A stretch of 64,000 bases of DNA from Octopus sinensis (lineage: Eukaryota), in NCBI RefSeq assembly GCF_006345805.1, contig NC_043015.1, positions 13,578,001 through 13,642,000 on the forward strand. The letters run 5' to 3'. Position numbers and translations under genes: made by a program. The notes under the pieces were generated by a model. That model was not told where the DNA came from, did no database searches, and saw only the letters and a list, made by a program, of their open reading frames with translations. Of this stretch, positions 13,090 to 26,681 are shown piece by piece (the stretch's first letter is position 1; the number at the start of each line of letters is the position of its first letter).

Positions 13090-13495
13090 CCACGCCCCGC
13101 GATTATGACTGAGATGCCGTCGCCGCGGAGAATGGCCAGTAACAGTTCCTGCAGTAGCCATTCCACCTCACGGGGCTCATTGCTCTGGGTGGCAACTGGC
13201 TCAAACTGATACTGACTGGTCAGGCCCCTGTCTTTATTGATTTCTCGCACCCCCGCGTTACGGGTGACGACGACACTCGGGTTTGCAGCCGATGCATCAA
13301 GGTTTGAGCCGGAGAATGTGTTGCTGCACGTCGCTTCCCAAACTAGAGATCTACCTCCCTCGAATGGGAAGGCGGTTATCCTGTCGGGTTGCTTACCATA
13401 CCTGCAGTCGAGACCTGCTGGCTCAAGATGAGACGGGAAGGCCCACTTCTAATTATGTCATTCAGAACAGCGTATCGCGGGTAATCAGCGCGCTC
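13090..13495 (-). mobile_element. CRE-clade non-LTR retrotransposon 3' fragment, copy 2
   Basis: RGLTSQYQFEPVA..EPREVEWLLQELLLAILRGDGIS; homologous to, but diverged from, 9450-9895. Confidence 0.7.
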
Positions 13496-14007
13496 TGAGG
13501 TTTTTATTTATTTACAAATTAACTTTCTTATATGCTCGTTGCTTCCCTAATGTTGCTACAATGTTCATAAACTTGTGTAACAGTAAAAGGAACGTGACAT
13601 TGAATAACAATCAAAATTGATGAACAAGAAATAAAGGTTACTCAACATATAATAAAACATCTCAAATGAATGTAAAGACGGTTAGTAATTTAATAAGACA
13701 TATTTCTTGCTATAAAAATGTTGACAATATTTCCTAGAAATTTCTGTAATGAATTAAAATAGTTTGGTCTTTACTTAACCAATAAACTTAATATATTATC
13801 ACAGTTGAAAGACACAAGTCTCCCTACGTCATTGGTTTCAAGTGTGTGTGTTTGGGTATCTATGTATAGGTGCATGCTTGGTTATGTTATGTCTGTTAGT
13901 CGTTCTCCGCTCTCTATCTCTCTCTCCCGCCCTCTCTCAAACCCCCTCTCGCTTTCAAACTCTCTCTCATACTCGCTCTCCCTCTCTCTCTCATACTCGC
14001 TCTCCCC

Positions 14008-14052
<45 letters not shown>

Positions 14053-14130
14053 ACATACACACATATACACATTAGAGATAGACAGACAGACGGTCGGACA
14101 GACAGACAACTGGTTAGATAGAGAGGTAGC

Positions 14131-14184
<54 letters not shown>

Positions 14185-14612
14185 CAGGCAGTCAGGCAGA
14201 CTGACAGACATGCAGGCAGGCAGGCAGGCAGGTAGACAGGCAGGCAGACAAACATAGTTAATTAGATATTACACACTGAAATCATATATATACGCATAAA
14301 GAATCAACGAGCGAACATCTACATGGTACCTAGCTATTACATCTGTGTCAATGATAGTCCTGCTAAGTAAAGCACATACAGCTCCCTTAAATTATTCCAT
14401 GTGTCTTAGGTATAATATTACGCGTAAGTCACACTTTTAGACCGGCGTTTTGAACCATAGCCTAAAAATATTAGCCAGTTCGTCCTTAGGTCACATCCTT
14501 CTGTTATGTGTTCAGCAAGGTAATGTTTTAAACCACAGAGTAGGCCTCCGTATGATAACATTACCCGTAAGAAGAGTTTTTCTTTCTTTTTTTTTCTTTC
14601 CTGAGTTTAGAC

Positions 14613-14923
14613 CAATGGTTGTCAACCATTTTTTTGCCTTTGGGCCCCTTTGATTACCATTCTTTTCTTGTAGATCCTTAAGCCATTCAATGAGTAGAAA
14701 TTAGTTTTATAGACACTCTTTTTTAAATTCCCATTTTGTTTTTTATACAATAACATGTTCAAGTTACACTATGTAAAACGTTCGAGAAAGAAACCTAATT
14801 GTTTCTTTGCAAAGCAACATTTTTTTTATGGACTCTTAAAATATTACTGTGGATCCCCCAATTTACTATTCTTCTTGCATGGGGACCTCCGGGGGTCATA
14901 TAGACCCTGGTTGAGAACCACTG
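14613..14923. mobile_element. hAT/Charlie-type MITE
   Basis: TIRs caatggttgtcaacc / ggttgagaaccactg; 8-bp TSD gtttagac / gtctagac; second copy at 41699-42082. Confidence 0.85.
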
Positions 14924-15062
14924 GTCTAGACGAAGGGCAGCGCTTATAATTTTTTCAGGATCTCCAGCAAATGCGAGACTGGTACTATTAATTTTCTTCT
15001 TGAACCACTGCAAGTCATAGCCTACTGGGTAGATAAGAGATGGATATCTAGAGAGTCAGCCT

Positions 15063-15444
15063 ATTTCTTTACTACCCACAAGGGGCTAAACACAGAAAGG
15101 ACAAACGGATTAAGTCGACCCCAGTGCGTAACTAGTACTTATTTAAACGACCCCGAAAGAATGAAAGGCAAAGTTGACCTCGGCGGAATTTGAACTCAGA
15201 ACGTAACGGCAGACGAAATGCCTATTTCTTTACTACCCACAAGGGGCTAAACACAAAGGGGACAAACAAGGACAGACAAACGGATTAAGTCGATTACATC
15301 GATCCCAGTGCGTAACTGGTATTTAATTTATCGACGCCGAAAGGATGAAAGGCAAAGTCGACCTCGGCGGAATTTGAACTCAGAACGTTACGGCAGACGA
15401 AATATCGCTAAGCATTTCGCCTGGCGTGCTAACGTTTCCGCCAG
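15063..15444 (-). mobile_element. Dimeric SINE (family B, GGCGGCGAGCTGGCAGA-type head) within one TSD
   Basis: 15-bp TSD CTAGAGAGTCAGCCT at 15048-15062 and 15445-15459; near-full copy plus a head-less copy. Confidence 0.9.
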
Positions 15445-15580
15445 CTAGAGAGTCAGCCTTCTCCGGAAGAAAGGACTGGGCAAATAAAATAAGAATTCCT
15501 GATTGAAGGCGGCATGGCCCCAGCCAACTCTAAGAAGCAGTGGCTATTACAGTCGCGATAGGAAAGGTAAAGAGGAGAGA

Positions 15581-15962
15581 GGAGGCGCAATGGCCCTGTG
15601 GTTAGGGCAGCGGACTCGCGGTCATAGGATCGCGGTTTCGATTACCAGACCGGGCGTTGTGAGTGTTTATTGAGCGAAAACACCTAAAAGAGCTCCACGA
15701 GGCTCCGGTAGGGGATGGTGGTGATCCCTGCTGTACTCTTTCACCACAACTTTCTCTCACTCTTACTTCGTGTTTCTGTTGTACCTGTATTTCAAGGGGC
15801 CGGCCTTGTCACTCTCTGTGTCACGCTGAATATCCCCGAGAACTACGTTAAGTGTGCACGTGTCTGTGGAGTGCTCAGCCACTTACACGTTAATTTCACG
15901 AGCAGGCTGTTCCGTTGATTCGGATCAACCGGAACCCTCGTCGTCGTAACCGACGGAGTGCT
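15581..15962 (+). mobile_element. tRNA-derived SINE (family C variant), full length
   Basis: A-box (tggccctgtggtt) and B-box (ggtttcgattacc) like head; near-identical copy at 57983-58345. Confidence 0.9.
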
Positions 15963-16492
15963 TTTAAAAAGAGGAGAGAACGGACAAGAAGATGGAATGT
16001 GTCTTTCAATAATTTTACACCTATCAATGGGTGGGAGGGGGGGCTTTCTGAATGCGGTTTAGAAAGTCCTGTGTGTTCGGCAGCAGCACTGTTCTGGATG
16101 TGAGGGTATTTCTCCATTGTGGACTTCACCTGAGGTTTGTAGAACATCAAATGAATGTTGGTTGCTAAAAACATTTTTGGGCTCAGAAAAAAGATGGACC
16201 AGTCGTTGGAATGCGATATTTATTTATGTGAACGATATGCTTAGCAAAAAATAAATAAATAAAATAAATAAAAAGTAAAAATACATCACACCATCCTATG
16301 CATGTATACATGTATACAGCGATAGTGATGTTTGGTACATATGTTAACCATACATAAATGAATGATTTTTAAATTAGTTTGCACATGCAACTACACACAC
16401 ACACACAAACACATGCACGCATGCACACGCACACACACATATGCACGCACACACGCACACACACATACATGCTATATATTCTATATATACAT

Positions 16493-16590
16493 TGGCGCAG
16501 GCGTGGTTGTGAGGTAAGAAGCTTGCTTCCCAACCACATAGTTCCAGGTTCAGTCCCACTGCGTGGCACCTTGGCTGAGTGTCTTCTGAG
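16493..16590 (+). mobile_element. SINE family A head fragment
   Basis: ggcgcaggcgtggttgtgaggtaagaagcttgcttcccaaccac... matches the many full copies. Confidence 0.85.
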
Positions 16591-16838
16591 ATCGTGTGCT
16601 GGAACGAAAACAATTGCAGTGTGGAAGGTGTTTATAAGCAATTTAAAACAAAATCCCGTGCTGCCCGGAATTTTGTCCGTGAACAGTTCGATACGAAAAT
16701 ATTTTGGCAAATTAAATTTAAATGTTGAAGTGAATCTAAGGTTTTTAGGTTTTTGTGTTTTAAATGGCTTATGAACACCTTCCACGCTGCAATTGTTTTC
16801 ATAATAATATTATAACATTTATTGACATAATGAATTAT

Positions 16839-17280
16839 TTAACCACATGAGCACTCAAAAACCCTATTAATCATGGAACCTGTTAATTTCTTTATAGTAG
16901 CAGGCTGGATTCCCTCTGCTGCAGCTTTGATGGTCGCCCATAAGATATCTTGCTTAATGATGGACCAAAGATTTTCCATAAGGTTGGGATTTGGAGATGC
17001 TGGCGGCCACACTATCAACCTTTCATCTTGTATGCCGTAAGACCAGAGTAATGCTTGGGTGGTCCTAGCAGAGTGGCAGGAAGCATTGTCATGCATGAGT
17101 TCGAGATTCCTTAGAAGTGACAGCGGTATGTCATTTAACCAGGGATTCAAGACCTTCAGGAGATTGCAGTAGGTGGTTGTGGTCACTTTAACCCCTTCAG
17201 GCACCCTGACTGGGCCAACACGTCTGTCCCCAATGATACCAGCCCACAACATGACTCCTCCATCCTGTAGTTGACATCAC
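16839..17280 (-). pseudogene. Tc1-like DD37E (TRT-like) transposase, catalytic C-terminal half
   Basis: GGVMLWAGI..VGPVRVPEGVKV...MHDNASCH...WPPASPNPNLMENLWSIIK; I count 37 residues between the second D and the E. Confidence 0.85.
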
Positions 17281-18397
17281 ACGCATACACACACACACAC
17301 CACACACACACACACACACAACACACACACACACACACACACAGGGCTTCCAGGAAACATCTTGCAATATGGAACATGACGGCTTTCGGTATCCGTAAAA
17401 TAATCATGTTTTTCCCTAGCTCTCCGGGTCCCAGATCCATTATACCAGCTGATCATGTCTTTCATAGGCCCTGGGTGCAAATGGAAACCTATTCCCTGGG
17501 TATAAGAGCTAATATATTGTCTCCAGTTTAGAGGGGACGTTCACATGCATAGAGTATCTGACCTCCGCATTAAGACATTTTTATTTCCTTGTCCTATACA
17601 AAAATATCAGACCGATTGTATCTGAGGTGGCTTACTGTCTTCATTAGAATGCTTCACTAGAATTCCTTATTTTTTAATGGATACATTTCGGTTCTACGCT
17701 GCATTTGGTATGGCCATCAGGATATTCCTTCGTACAATCAACATTATAAATGACTAGGACAACTGATAATATGAGTGATATCTACCAAATTGGTAGAATC
17801 GACATTGATTTTCGATAACTATGTGATTGCTTAGAGCATAGGTGAGGAAACACTCCGTTTTATCGTGCCTGCAGGTTGATATACTCGTATGTACAAAATA
17901 TATTAAATTTTTCAATCAAAATTTATACAATATTCGTATACCTATTTGCGACGTAGGTCGCGTTTCCGCTACGACTTAAAATGGTCAGAAATCGGCCGGT
18001 AATTGCCATTTGAATGGAAATTTTGTTTCCACTGTAGAACACATAGTGCTAAGTTTATTCCACCCCCTTGAGACCCAACTATACTTTAGTTGATAAAAAT
18101 AGAATACCTCATAGGTATAAACGTCCTAAATTCAGTAGCTGCGTTAAAGAAGGTGTTACGCGTTAATTTAACGCTAAACTTATCTTTATTAATGTATGAC
18201 ATTTTCTTAGAAAATTTTTGCCCGCCGCACTAAAAAGTACTAAAAAGTATCCCCACCCCTGGCTTAGAGGCATCCTTATCTCTCTTATTGATGAAGTATT
18301 TTGTAGTTCCCTCCAGTTCCTGGACAGAAAACATGTAGCGTTCTCGGGGATTGAGGACGTATCTATTGCACGACTATAAGAGGTCACTCTTCCTTTC

Positions 18398-19593
18398 AAT
18401 GTATGTATGAATGTATGTATGTATGTATGTATGTATGTATGTATGTATGTATGTATGTATGTATGTATGTATGTATGAATGTATGTATGTATGTATGTAT
18501 GTATGTATGAATGTATGTATGTATGTATGAATGTATGTATGTATGTATGAATGTATGTATGTATGTATGTATGTATGTATGTATGTATGAATGTATGTAT
18601 GTATGTATGTATGTATGTATGTATGTATGTATGTATGTATGTATGTATGTATGTATGTATGTATGTATGTATGTATGTATGTATGTATGTATGTATGTAT
18701 GTATGTATGTATGCAACGTATGTATGTATGTATGTAATTTTATGTGTATACGTATTTATGTGTTTGTATGTATGTATGAATGTATATATGTACCTATGTG
18801 TTTGCTTGCATGTATGTATGCTTGCATGTATGTATGCTTGCATGTATGTATGCTTGCATGTATGTATGTATATATGTATGCATGTATGTATGTATATATG
18901 TGTATATGTATGAATGTATGAATGTGTATGCTTCTATGTATGTACGAATTATGTGTTCGTATGATGCATGTATATATATATATGTATGTATGCTTGCATG
19001 TAAGTATATGTATGTATGCAAGTACATGTATGTATGCACGTATATTATGTATGCATGTATGTATGCATTCATGTATGCAACTCTGTATGTAAGAATTTTT
19101 ATATTTATACGTATGTATGTGTTTGTATGCATATATGAATGTATATATGTGTTTGCTTACATGTATGTATATATGTATGTATGTATGTATGAATGCATGA
19201 ATGTGTATGCTTCTATGTATGCACGAATGTATGTGTTCGTATGAATGCATGTACGTATGCAAGTATATGCATGTATGTATGTATATATGCTTGCATGTAA
19301 GTATATGTATGTATGCAAGAACATGTATGCCCGTATATTATGTATGCATGTATGTATGAATCCCTGCAAGTATGTATACATGCATGTATATGTATCCATG
19401 CATGCATGTATGTATGCATGTATGTATGTATGTATGTATGTATGTATGTATGTATGTATGTATGCATGCATGCATGCATGTATGTATGTATGTATGTATG
19501 TATGTATGTATGTATGCATGCATGCATGCATGCATGTATGTATGTATGTATGTATGTATGTATGTATGTATGTATGTATGTATGTATGTATGT
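18398..19593. repeat. ~1.2-kb (TATG)n microsatellite with a degenerate higher-order centre
   Basis: Direct reading; all overlapping His/Thr/Tyr/Ile or Met/Tyr/Val/Cys ORFs come from it. Confidence 0.98.
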
Positions 19594-19869
19594 TATCTCA
19601 ACATTTAGACAAATGAACTAGGCCAGTGTATCATAGATGTTGCAGGAAGGCCACAAGAGTATTGGTAAGAGATACGTGAAGCATCAAAGTGAGAGTGGAG
19701 AATGTTGTTAAAATAGGTGAGTAAACAGTGAAATTCGACAAGGAATGTGGGTAAGGTAAAGAAACAGTACCTATCATTAGGTATTCATAAGACAAACCGG
19801 TCTTATACTCACGTGTAAGTGTGTGTGTGTATATGCATGTGTATGTGTATATATGTGTGTGAACGGAAC

Positions 19870-20400
<531 letters not shown>

Positions 20401-20920
20401 CACTTATACATGCACGCTTGCACACACGCACACACGCGCACGCATATACAGTGCGTCAAACAAATGGTTTTCCATCTGGCTCATCACGTTTTGAGTTCTC
20501 GAGCACGAGTGATAGCTCTGCCCCAGTTATCGGTCAATTAGCCCGGCTCTCGCGCTCACCCTCTCTCTCTCTCCCTCTCCCTCTCCCTCTCTCTCACGCA
20601 CACACACACACATGTATATATATATATATTTCGTTTTTGCATTTGGTTTGCAAGATTCTTTATGTGAATTCGAGCGTTGAAGCATATTTTATTGTATCTG
20701 GGGAGAGTCATTCTCTTTTAGTGCCTTATTAATTTAACACACTCACTGGTCTGATTTCCACTCATTTGCTTATTTATTTTTACTAAAATTTTCGTTGCGT
20801 CTTGCAACCTTTTCAATTTTCGTTGACTGTCCGTTACCGGAACAGCGTCCTTTTATTCTGTTTTTTTTTTTTTTGTTTGCTTGTGCGCATGCGTGTGCAT
20901 TAGTGTACGTGAGCATACAC

Positions 20921-20951
<31 letters not shown>

Positions 20952-21349
20952 TGTATGATGTGCGTGTATGTATGTATGTGTGCATGTATGTGTGCATGTA
21001 TGTGTGCATGTGTGTGTATGCATGTATGTTTGTGTATGCATATATATGTACGCATGTGTGCACGTTTGTATGTATGTATTCTGCATGTATCTGTGTGTAT
21101 GCATATATATATATGTGTGTGTGTGTGTGCGCGTGTGTGTGTATATATGTATTTATGTATGCATATAAGCACGTTTGTATGTGTGTATGTATGTATTCTG
21201 CACGTATGTATTCTGCATAACCATGTGCTTGTGTGTTTATGTGTGTGTTTGTGTGTGGGTGTGTTTGCGTTCATGTTTCTGTATTTGTATGTTTGTGTGT
21301 GTGCATGATTGTGGGTGTCTGTGTCTAGATTTTTATCACAGAGATCCTT

Positions 21350-21740
21350 CAGATCACAACTATGTAGGACGTACTCCTTTGAGAATACCACATGCACCAA
21401 TGATAACTGCATGTTATGTAAGATTAACCCTGGAATTAACTGTAGAACTAGAAATGTAGTCTACAGCATAAAGTACATAGCGAGTGCTTGTAAAGACAAG
21501 GACATTATATACATAAGCGAGACATTTAGAAGCATTGCAGAGAGACTAAATAAACTTTGAGACAATATGACGACGAAAGACAATCCTCCATACTCTACCA
21601 GCATGCCAATGACCAACATGGAGGCACACTGGGTTAACTTGTCATCTGTATTTTATCCAAGCACCGGAGGACCCATCACTCTGACAGATACAAGAGCACG
21701 TCCTCATTAATGAAACATCCCCAATATTAATACGAAATAT
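21350..21740 (+). mobile_element. Penelope-like element 3' end (GIY-YIG endonuclease remnant)
   Basis: CTNDNCMLCKINPGINCRTRNVVYSI...IIYISETFRSIAERL; downstream ILYQHANDQHGG and IQEHVLINE-like pieces. Confidence 0.8.
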
Positions 21741-21844
21741 ACATACAAGGTATCATATCCCAATACCCACAGTTTATATAGTTATTACACAAACCCATAC
21801 ACAGACAACGTATGTTTTATAAAAGGCGTCCGTTATATGGATAT

Positions 21845-21885
21845 CAGCAAATATGAAGATTAACATTGTGAAATGTTTTTTGTTG
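21845..21885 (+). ncRNA. Decayed minimal hammerhead-like motif downstream of the Penelope remnant
   Basis: cagcaaa-t-ATGAAGA...GAAATGTT-tttgttg: helix I pairs, but the core deviates from CUGANGA and GAAAC. Confidence 0.35.
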
Positions 21886-23779
21886 ACTACCCAATGTTTT
21901 TCTATTTCTTGCCCAAGGTGCCGCGCATAATCTCTACCTGTATTTTCCCAAGGTGCCGCGCATGATATCCACTTGTACTTGCCCAAGATGCTGTACAGAG
22001 GGACAGAACCCGAAAGCACGTGGCTTCAAAGCGAGCTTTTTAACTCCACAGCCATGCCGGCGCCTATTCAGTGATTAATTTACAAGAACACAAAAATAGT
22101 GCTTCCAAAGAATCTCCCTGCATACATTTGTAGTAAGAAAGACGAGTAAATATTGTATCAGTGCTAGATATAAGGGAACGTGGCTTTGGTGATAAGGATG
22201 TTGATCTCACGATCATAAGGCTGTAGGTTCGATTCCTTTTTGTCTTTGAGAGGACACTCCATTTCACGTTGTTCCAATTTACCCATCCAGTGCAGCCATT
22301 CTGTTTCGCTGAGTCAAGAGAAGGAGGACGAGAGTGTTTGTATGTCTACTAGCACCAACAATAGGTGCCTAAAATAATTAGCTAGTACATGGTGCATCAT
22401 AAGAAGTCATGCTCGCTTGCCAGCGGTGGTTGTAGTTAATAACCATATATGGGGCCAGAACTAGCAGAGAATTCGTTAAATGATTCAGAATTTATTCACA
22501 TAAGAATGAGTTGATTCCACTTTAAATTTGATATTTTGGAGACACCAAAATGAAATGGAAACATAATGTAAATGGTTTTCACAACCAAATTATAAAATAC
22601 TTGTTTTTTCGCAGCTGGATGATTTCGGCGGCTTCCCTAGAGACTAAAATTAGCACTTGTTATATAATACGTCCCTTCTTATTAGAAATACAAAAGAATC
22701 TTAAATACAGCAAGCACTCAGATTTGACATTATAAACATACCCCACACAGAGAAGATAAAAGTTATAGGTGTTAAAATACCATGGCAACATTCACATCAC
22801 TAGTGTAAGAGAGAAAAGTAAGTAAAGTAATACACAAATACACGTTGAGCACCAACAAATAACACATTTGTCTAGCAGCATAAAGACAACAACATCAAAG
22901 TACAAACAATACAATGTCTGTCCTATCTTGGTTCCAACCTCTATACAATAAATTACAAACAATATAAACAGTACGCACAAAATGCTGATAGAAAACACAT
23001 ACACAGACCACCAACAGAACGAAACTAGAATACTTGAAGTGAAAAGCCACCTGGATATTAGCGTAACTGGAAGGGAGAGGGGCGATGTGGTGGCACTTTT
23101 GGGTGGAAGTAGAAAACTCAAGGGCTTCCCCGGCCAGTACAGACTCGAACTCCGCCACAGATCATACAGAATCATACCCAGTAGACCACCTGAACATAGA
23201 CCACACCTGTAAACCGCCTACATAACGAAGCTAAAATAAAGTACGGAAAATGAAAAACTACCTTGACACATTTACAAACACCAATCTGCGAATAACCTCC
23301 TTTGACTCTCTTCAAACTACATATAAATATAATTGCTACATCATCAATAAATCGCGTTAGTTTCAGAGACTGTAATGAAATACACACCAGAAATAAGTGC
23401 TGAAAATCACCAGGTGTAACGCTCTGACTGAATATAGCTTACTGTCTATAGTAGAGGAAGTGCAACATTCACAATCTGCAACACTGCACTCTGCGCATTA
23501 ATTATTCGATGCAGTATGGACTTCAACCAAATGAAGGCATGAAATATCCAATGCGCCATAGTTTGCTCGAGCAGAGCTCATTGAAATTACATAACAACCA
23601 GTATTTGCTCCTGATATTTATTTAAACTAATTTTTAAATTGATTGATCACGTGAGACCCGATGCTAAACACTCAAGCAGCAACTTAAAAAGTGAAATTAA
23701 ATAAAGATTCTTTGGACATTAATCAAAGTTGATGCTCCAAGTATGGAGAATTTCTGATTAGTATATCGTGCAAATTTGC

Positions 23780-24000
23780 TGTGAAAATCATTTTATAACA
23801 ACATTTAGACATGCAAGGAGTGAATGCAAGATGATGTTACTTATTAATGATTAAATGATACAAGAATACTCGTTCATTGCATTTCAGAGTTGTTGTGACT
23901 TGTTGATGCAAACAAATGATATCTTTGAAGAAGTAGTTATTGGAGATGTAACGTGGTTACTATTATGAAGAACAGGAAGGCAGTGGTTGGGATGGCAGAA
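23780..24000 (+). pseudogene. Old mariner transposase remnant
   Basis: IL*QHLDMQGVNAR...CCDLLMQTNDIFEEVVIGDVTW resembles HLGMRKV.ARW...C..LL....FL..IVTGDETW. Confidence 0.45.
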
Positions 24001-24169
24001 ACGACAGAATCAGGATTAATTACTTTTCAGTTTTTAGATTCGTTCATTGCGTTCTAAGTTCAAAAACTGACGATGTTAACTTTACTCTGGATAATAACAG
24101 CCAGAACAACTAGTTTATGAACCGAAATCAATGTAACACATCCTTATAATTCTTTCGAATTTTGATACA

Positions 24170-24368
24170 GGTCCAGCAATCTTGAGAGGAAGGAGCAAGT
24201 AGATTTCATCGATCCCAGTTCTTGACTAGCACTTTGTTTTATCTATCCTGGAAGGATCAAAGGCAAAATTGACCTCGACGGGATTTAAGTCCGAAAGCAA
24301 GAGCCTGAAGAAATGCTGCTAATTATTTTTGTCCGACGCGCAAACGATTCAACCAGCTCGCCGCCTTA
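24170..24368 (-). mobile_element. SINE family B variant
   Basis: Ends ccagctcgccgcctta (reverse of the head); related copies at 24700-24870, 36820-36990, 38160-38290, 38570-38770, 39870-40090. Confidence 0.8.
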
Positions 24369-24962
24369 TACATCTTTATAATGGTTATAAAGCCATCTTA
24401 AGTCTTAAAATTATTACCTTCCAACAGTCTTTAACCAAATCAATCAAAATAGTCAAAATCTATCCGGAACATATTGACAACTATATGGTGGGATCGAAAA
24501 TAATTTTATTAGAAGAATATTTTACCAAGGAGTCAACTATTACCGGTGCTTAAATGATAAATTTTCTTACTCACTTGTTGAGGATAAATGTGAAGCGGTG
24601 GGAAATGGACTGGATTTTTGTCATATAAAGCATTGTTTTTGCAAACAACGTGCAATATTTTGTTGAAGAAACCGGTTTTTAATATTTTAACAGCTAAAAG
24701 CGACGGCATTTTGTCCGTCTTCACGTTCTGAATTCAAATTCTGCCGAGGTCGACTTTACCTTCCATCCTTTCAAGGACGATAAAATAAGTACTAGTTAAG
24801 CATTTGGGTCGGTGTAATCGACTTTCCCCCTTCAAACCGAAATTGCTAGCCTTGTGCCAAAATTTGAAGCCAATATTTTAACAGCTAAATCAAATTATTC
24901 ATGCAATATATGAAGTTTAGTTGCCCTGAAAACGAGAGTCGATTTAAACGACTTTGCTCCCT

Positions 24963-25013
<51 letters not shown>

Positions 25014-25659
25014 CTTTTTCTTATGTCCTTATACTATTGTCATAAATTAGAATTAGCGCATTACATAATCGTCGGCATAGAACGGTATGATGTTTGACTG
25101 TGTCGTATGAAAGAAAAACGTGATTTTAATCATTAGAAAGCAATCTTTCTCTGACCTACGATAACCTATACTGTAAACATGAATAATCTAACTGGAATTA
25201 GCGCTACTGGTTGTCAGTTGAGTGAGGGATGAAATAATTAGTGTAATGAATAGATTATTTGATTAATTATAATTAGCTTTTCAATGGAAAAAAACAGAAA
25301 CTCAACGATTAATGGTAATTAAATATCTTAAAGGCAAATGAGCGACGACCGCAGAATTTTAATAATCAAATCTTGAATTACAGTGAAACAGTGGTCAATG
25401 TTAACCCTTGGCCTGTCCAAAGCATTTTCATAAGTTTGTTCTAAACGTCCATGTTTGTTATCAGACTTTTATTTCGCCCTTGTTTCATACGTTCTGAATA
25501 ATATAAAGCTTTCCTTTCATAAGACTCAAATTACTCCAGCGATTGATGAAAAAAATTGGGAATGTTTCTCATATATTATGCAGAGACACAAAAAATGTGT
25601 TTTGTGCATCACATGCGATACACAGGTCAGGTAAATGGTTAGCTTGCTTCAGTTTATCT

Positions 25660-25963
25660 TTTATCCTTTAACTTTTACTTGTTTTAGTCATTAGATTGCC
25701 GCCATGCTGGGACACCAGCTTAAAGAATTTTTAGTCGAATGAATCAACCTCAATACAAGCTCGTTACTTATTTTATCATCTATTTTGCCGAATCGCTAAG
25801 TTACAGGGTGGTCTTAAACACACTAACACCGGTTGTCAAGTAACAGTGATGGGGACAAACGCACTCACACATACACACACACGCACTCACACACACGCAC
25901 GTACACTCATACACACACGCACACACACACACACACACTCACACACATACACACACACACACA

Positions 25964-26003
<40 letters not shown>

Positions 26004-26681
26004 TATGCGGCGGACTTCTTTCAACTTCCGTCTACCAAATCCAGTTACGAGGCTTTAGTCGGCCCGAGGGTTATAGTAGAAAACACTTGGCCAAGGTGCA
26101 AGGCAATGAGAATGAACCCGGTGTAGCAAGTCAAATTAACCACTACTCAGATTGAACCCGGGTATAGTTTTGGGATAAATTGTCATAGACCAAACTATAC
26201 TTGGGGTATAAAATAGCCTGGGCCAGGCTATACCCTTCCGGGCTAGAATATACCCATCTAACGTGGTAGTCAATCTCAAACGATGTGTTGTTAATTAGAG
26301 TGTATCAGCGGAGCCGTGAACTGTGACTTGATTTTAACATTAAACTGGTTGAATTTTCAATTTGTTATCAAGACATGACAAATATTTGCTATCCCTCCTG
26401 ATTAAACGGTCACTAACCGGGGATATGCGCTCCGCTTAACCGAATCTGGGATTCAAAATGGCGGCCACCGGCCATTAATGCAAGCAGGGGAATATGAATT
26501 GGCCTAGGCCAATTTATACCCCGGAGTATAGATTGACCTTACGTCATAATATATCCCAGAGTATAATCTAGTCTTGGCCCCTTGAACCCCAGGTATAGCC
26601 CGGAGAACTTGGGGTATACTATGGCCTGTTACACCGGAACCATACGGCTAGAAACCAAACTGCTTACTATACAGCCTGGTC
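25660..26681 (-). mobile_element. SINE family A interrupted in its head by a MITE
   Basis: SINE sequence stops at gaacccgg (26121) and resumes at ccggaacc (26634). Confidence 0.85.
26122..26633. mobile_element. 512-bp non-autonomous DNA transposon with TGT..ACA ends and CCGG TSD (Ginger-like)
   Basis: CCGG|TGTAGCA...TGTTACA|CCGG; imperfect TIRs; many subterminal gggtata/tataccc motifs. Confidence 0.7.

Noticed and set aside
15581-15660. tRNA-like sequence (also at 57983, 12085 and SINE-A heads)
   Set aside because: Continues into a ~300-bp shared SINE body with no proper acceptor stem; these are SINE heads, not tRNA genes.
22790-23400. RFIDDV motif suggesting a Penelope reverse transcriptase
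   Set aside because: Single short motif with no supporting RT motifs in frame.
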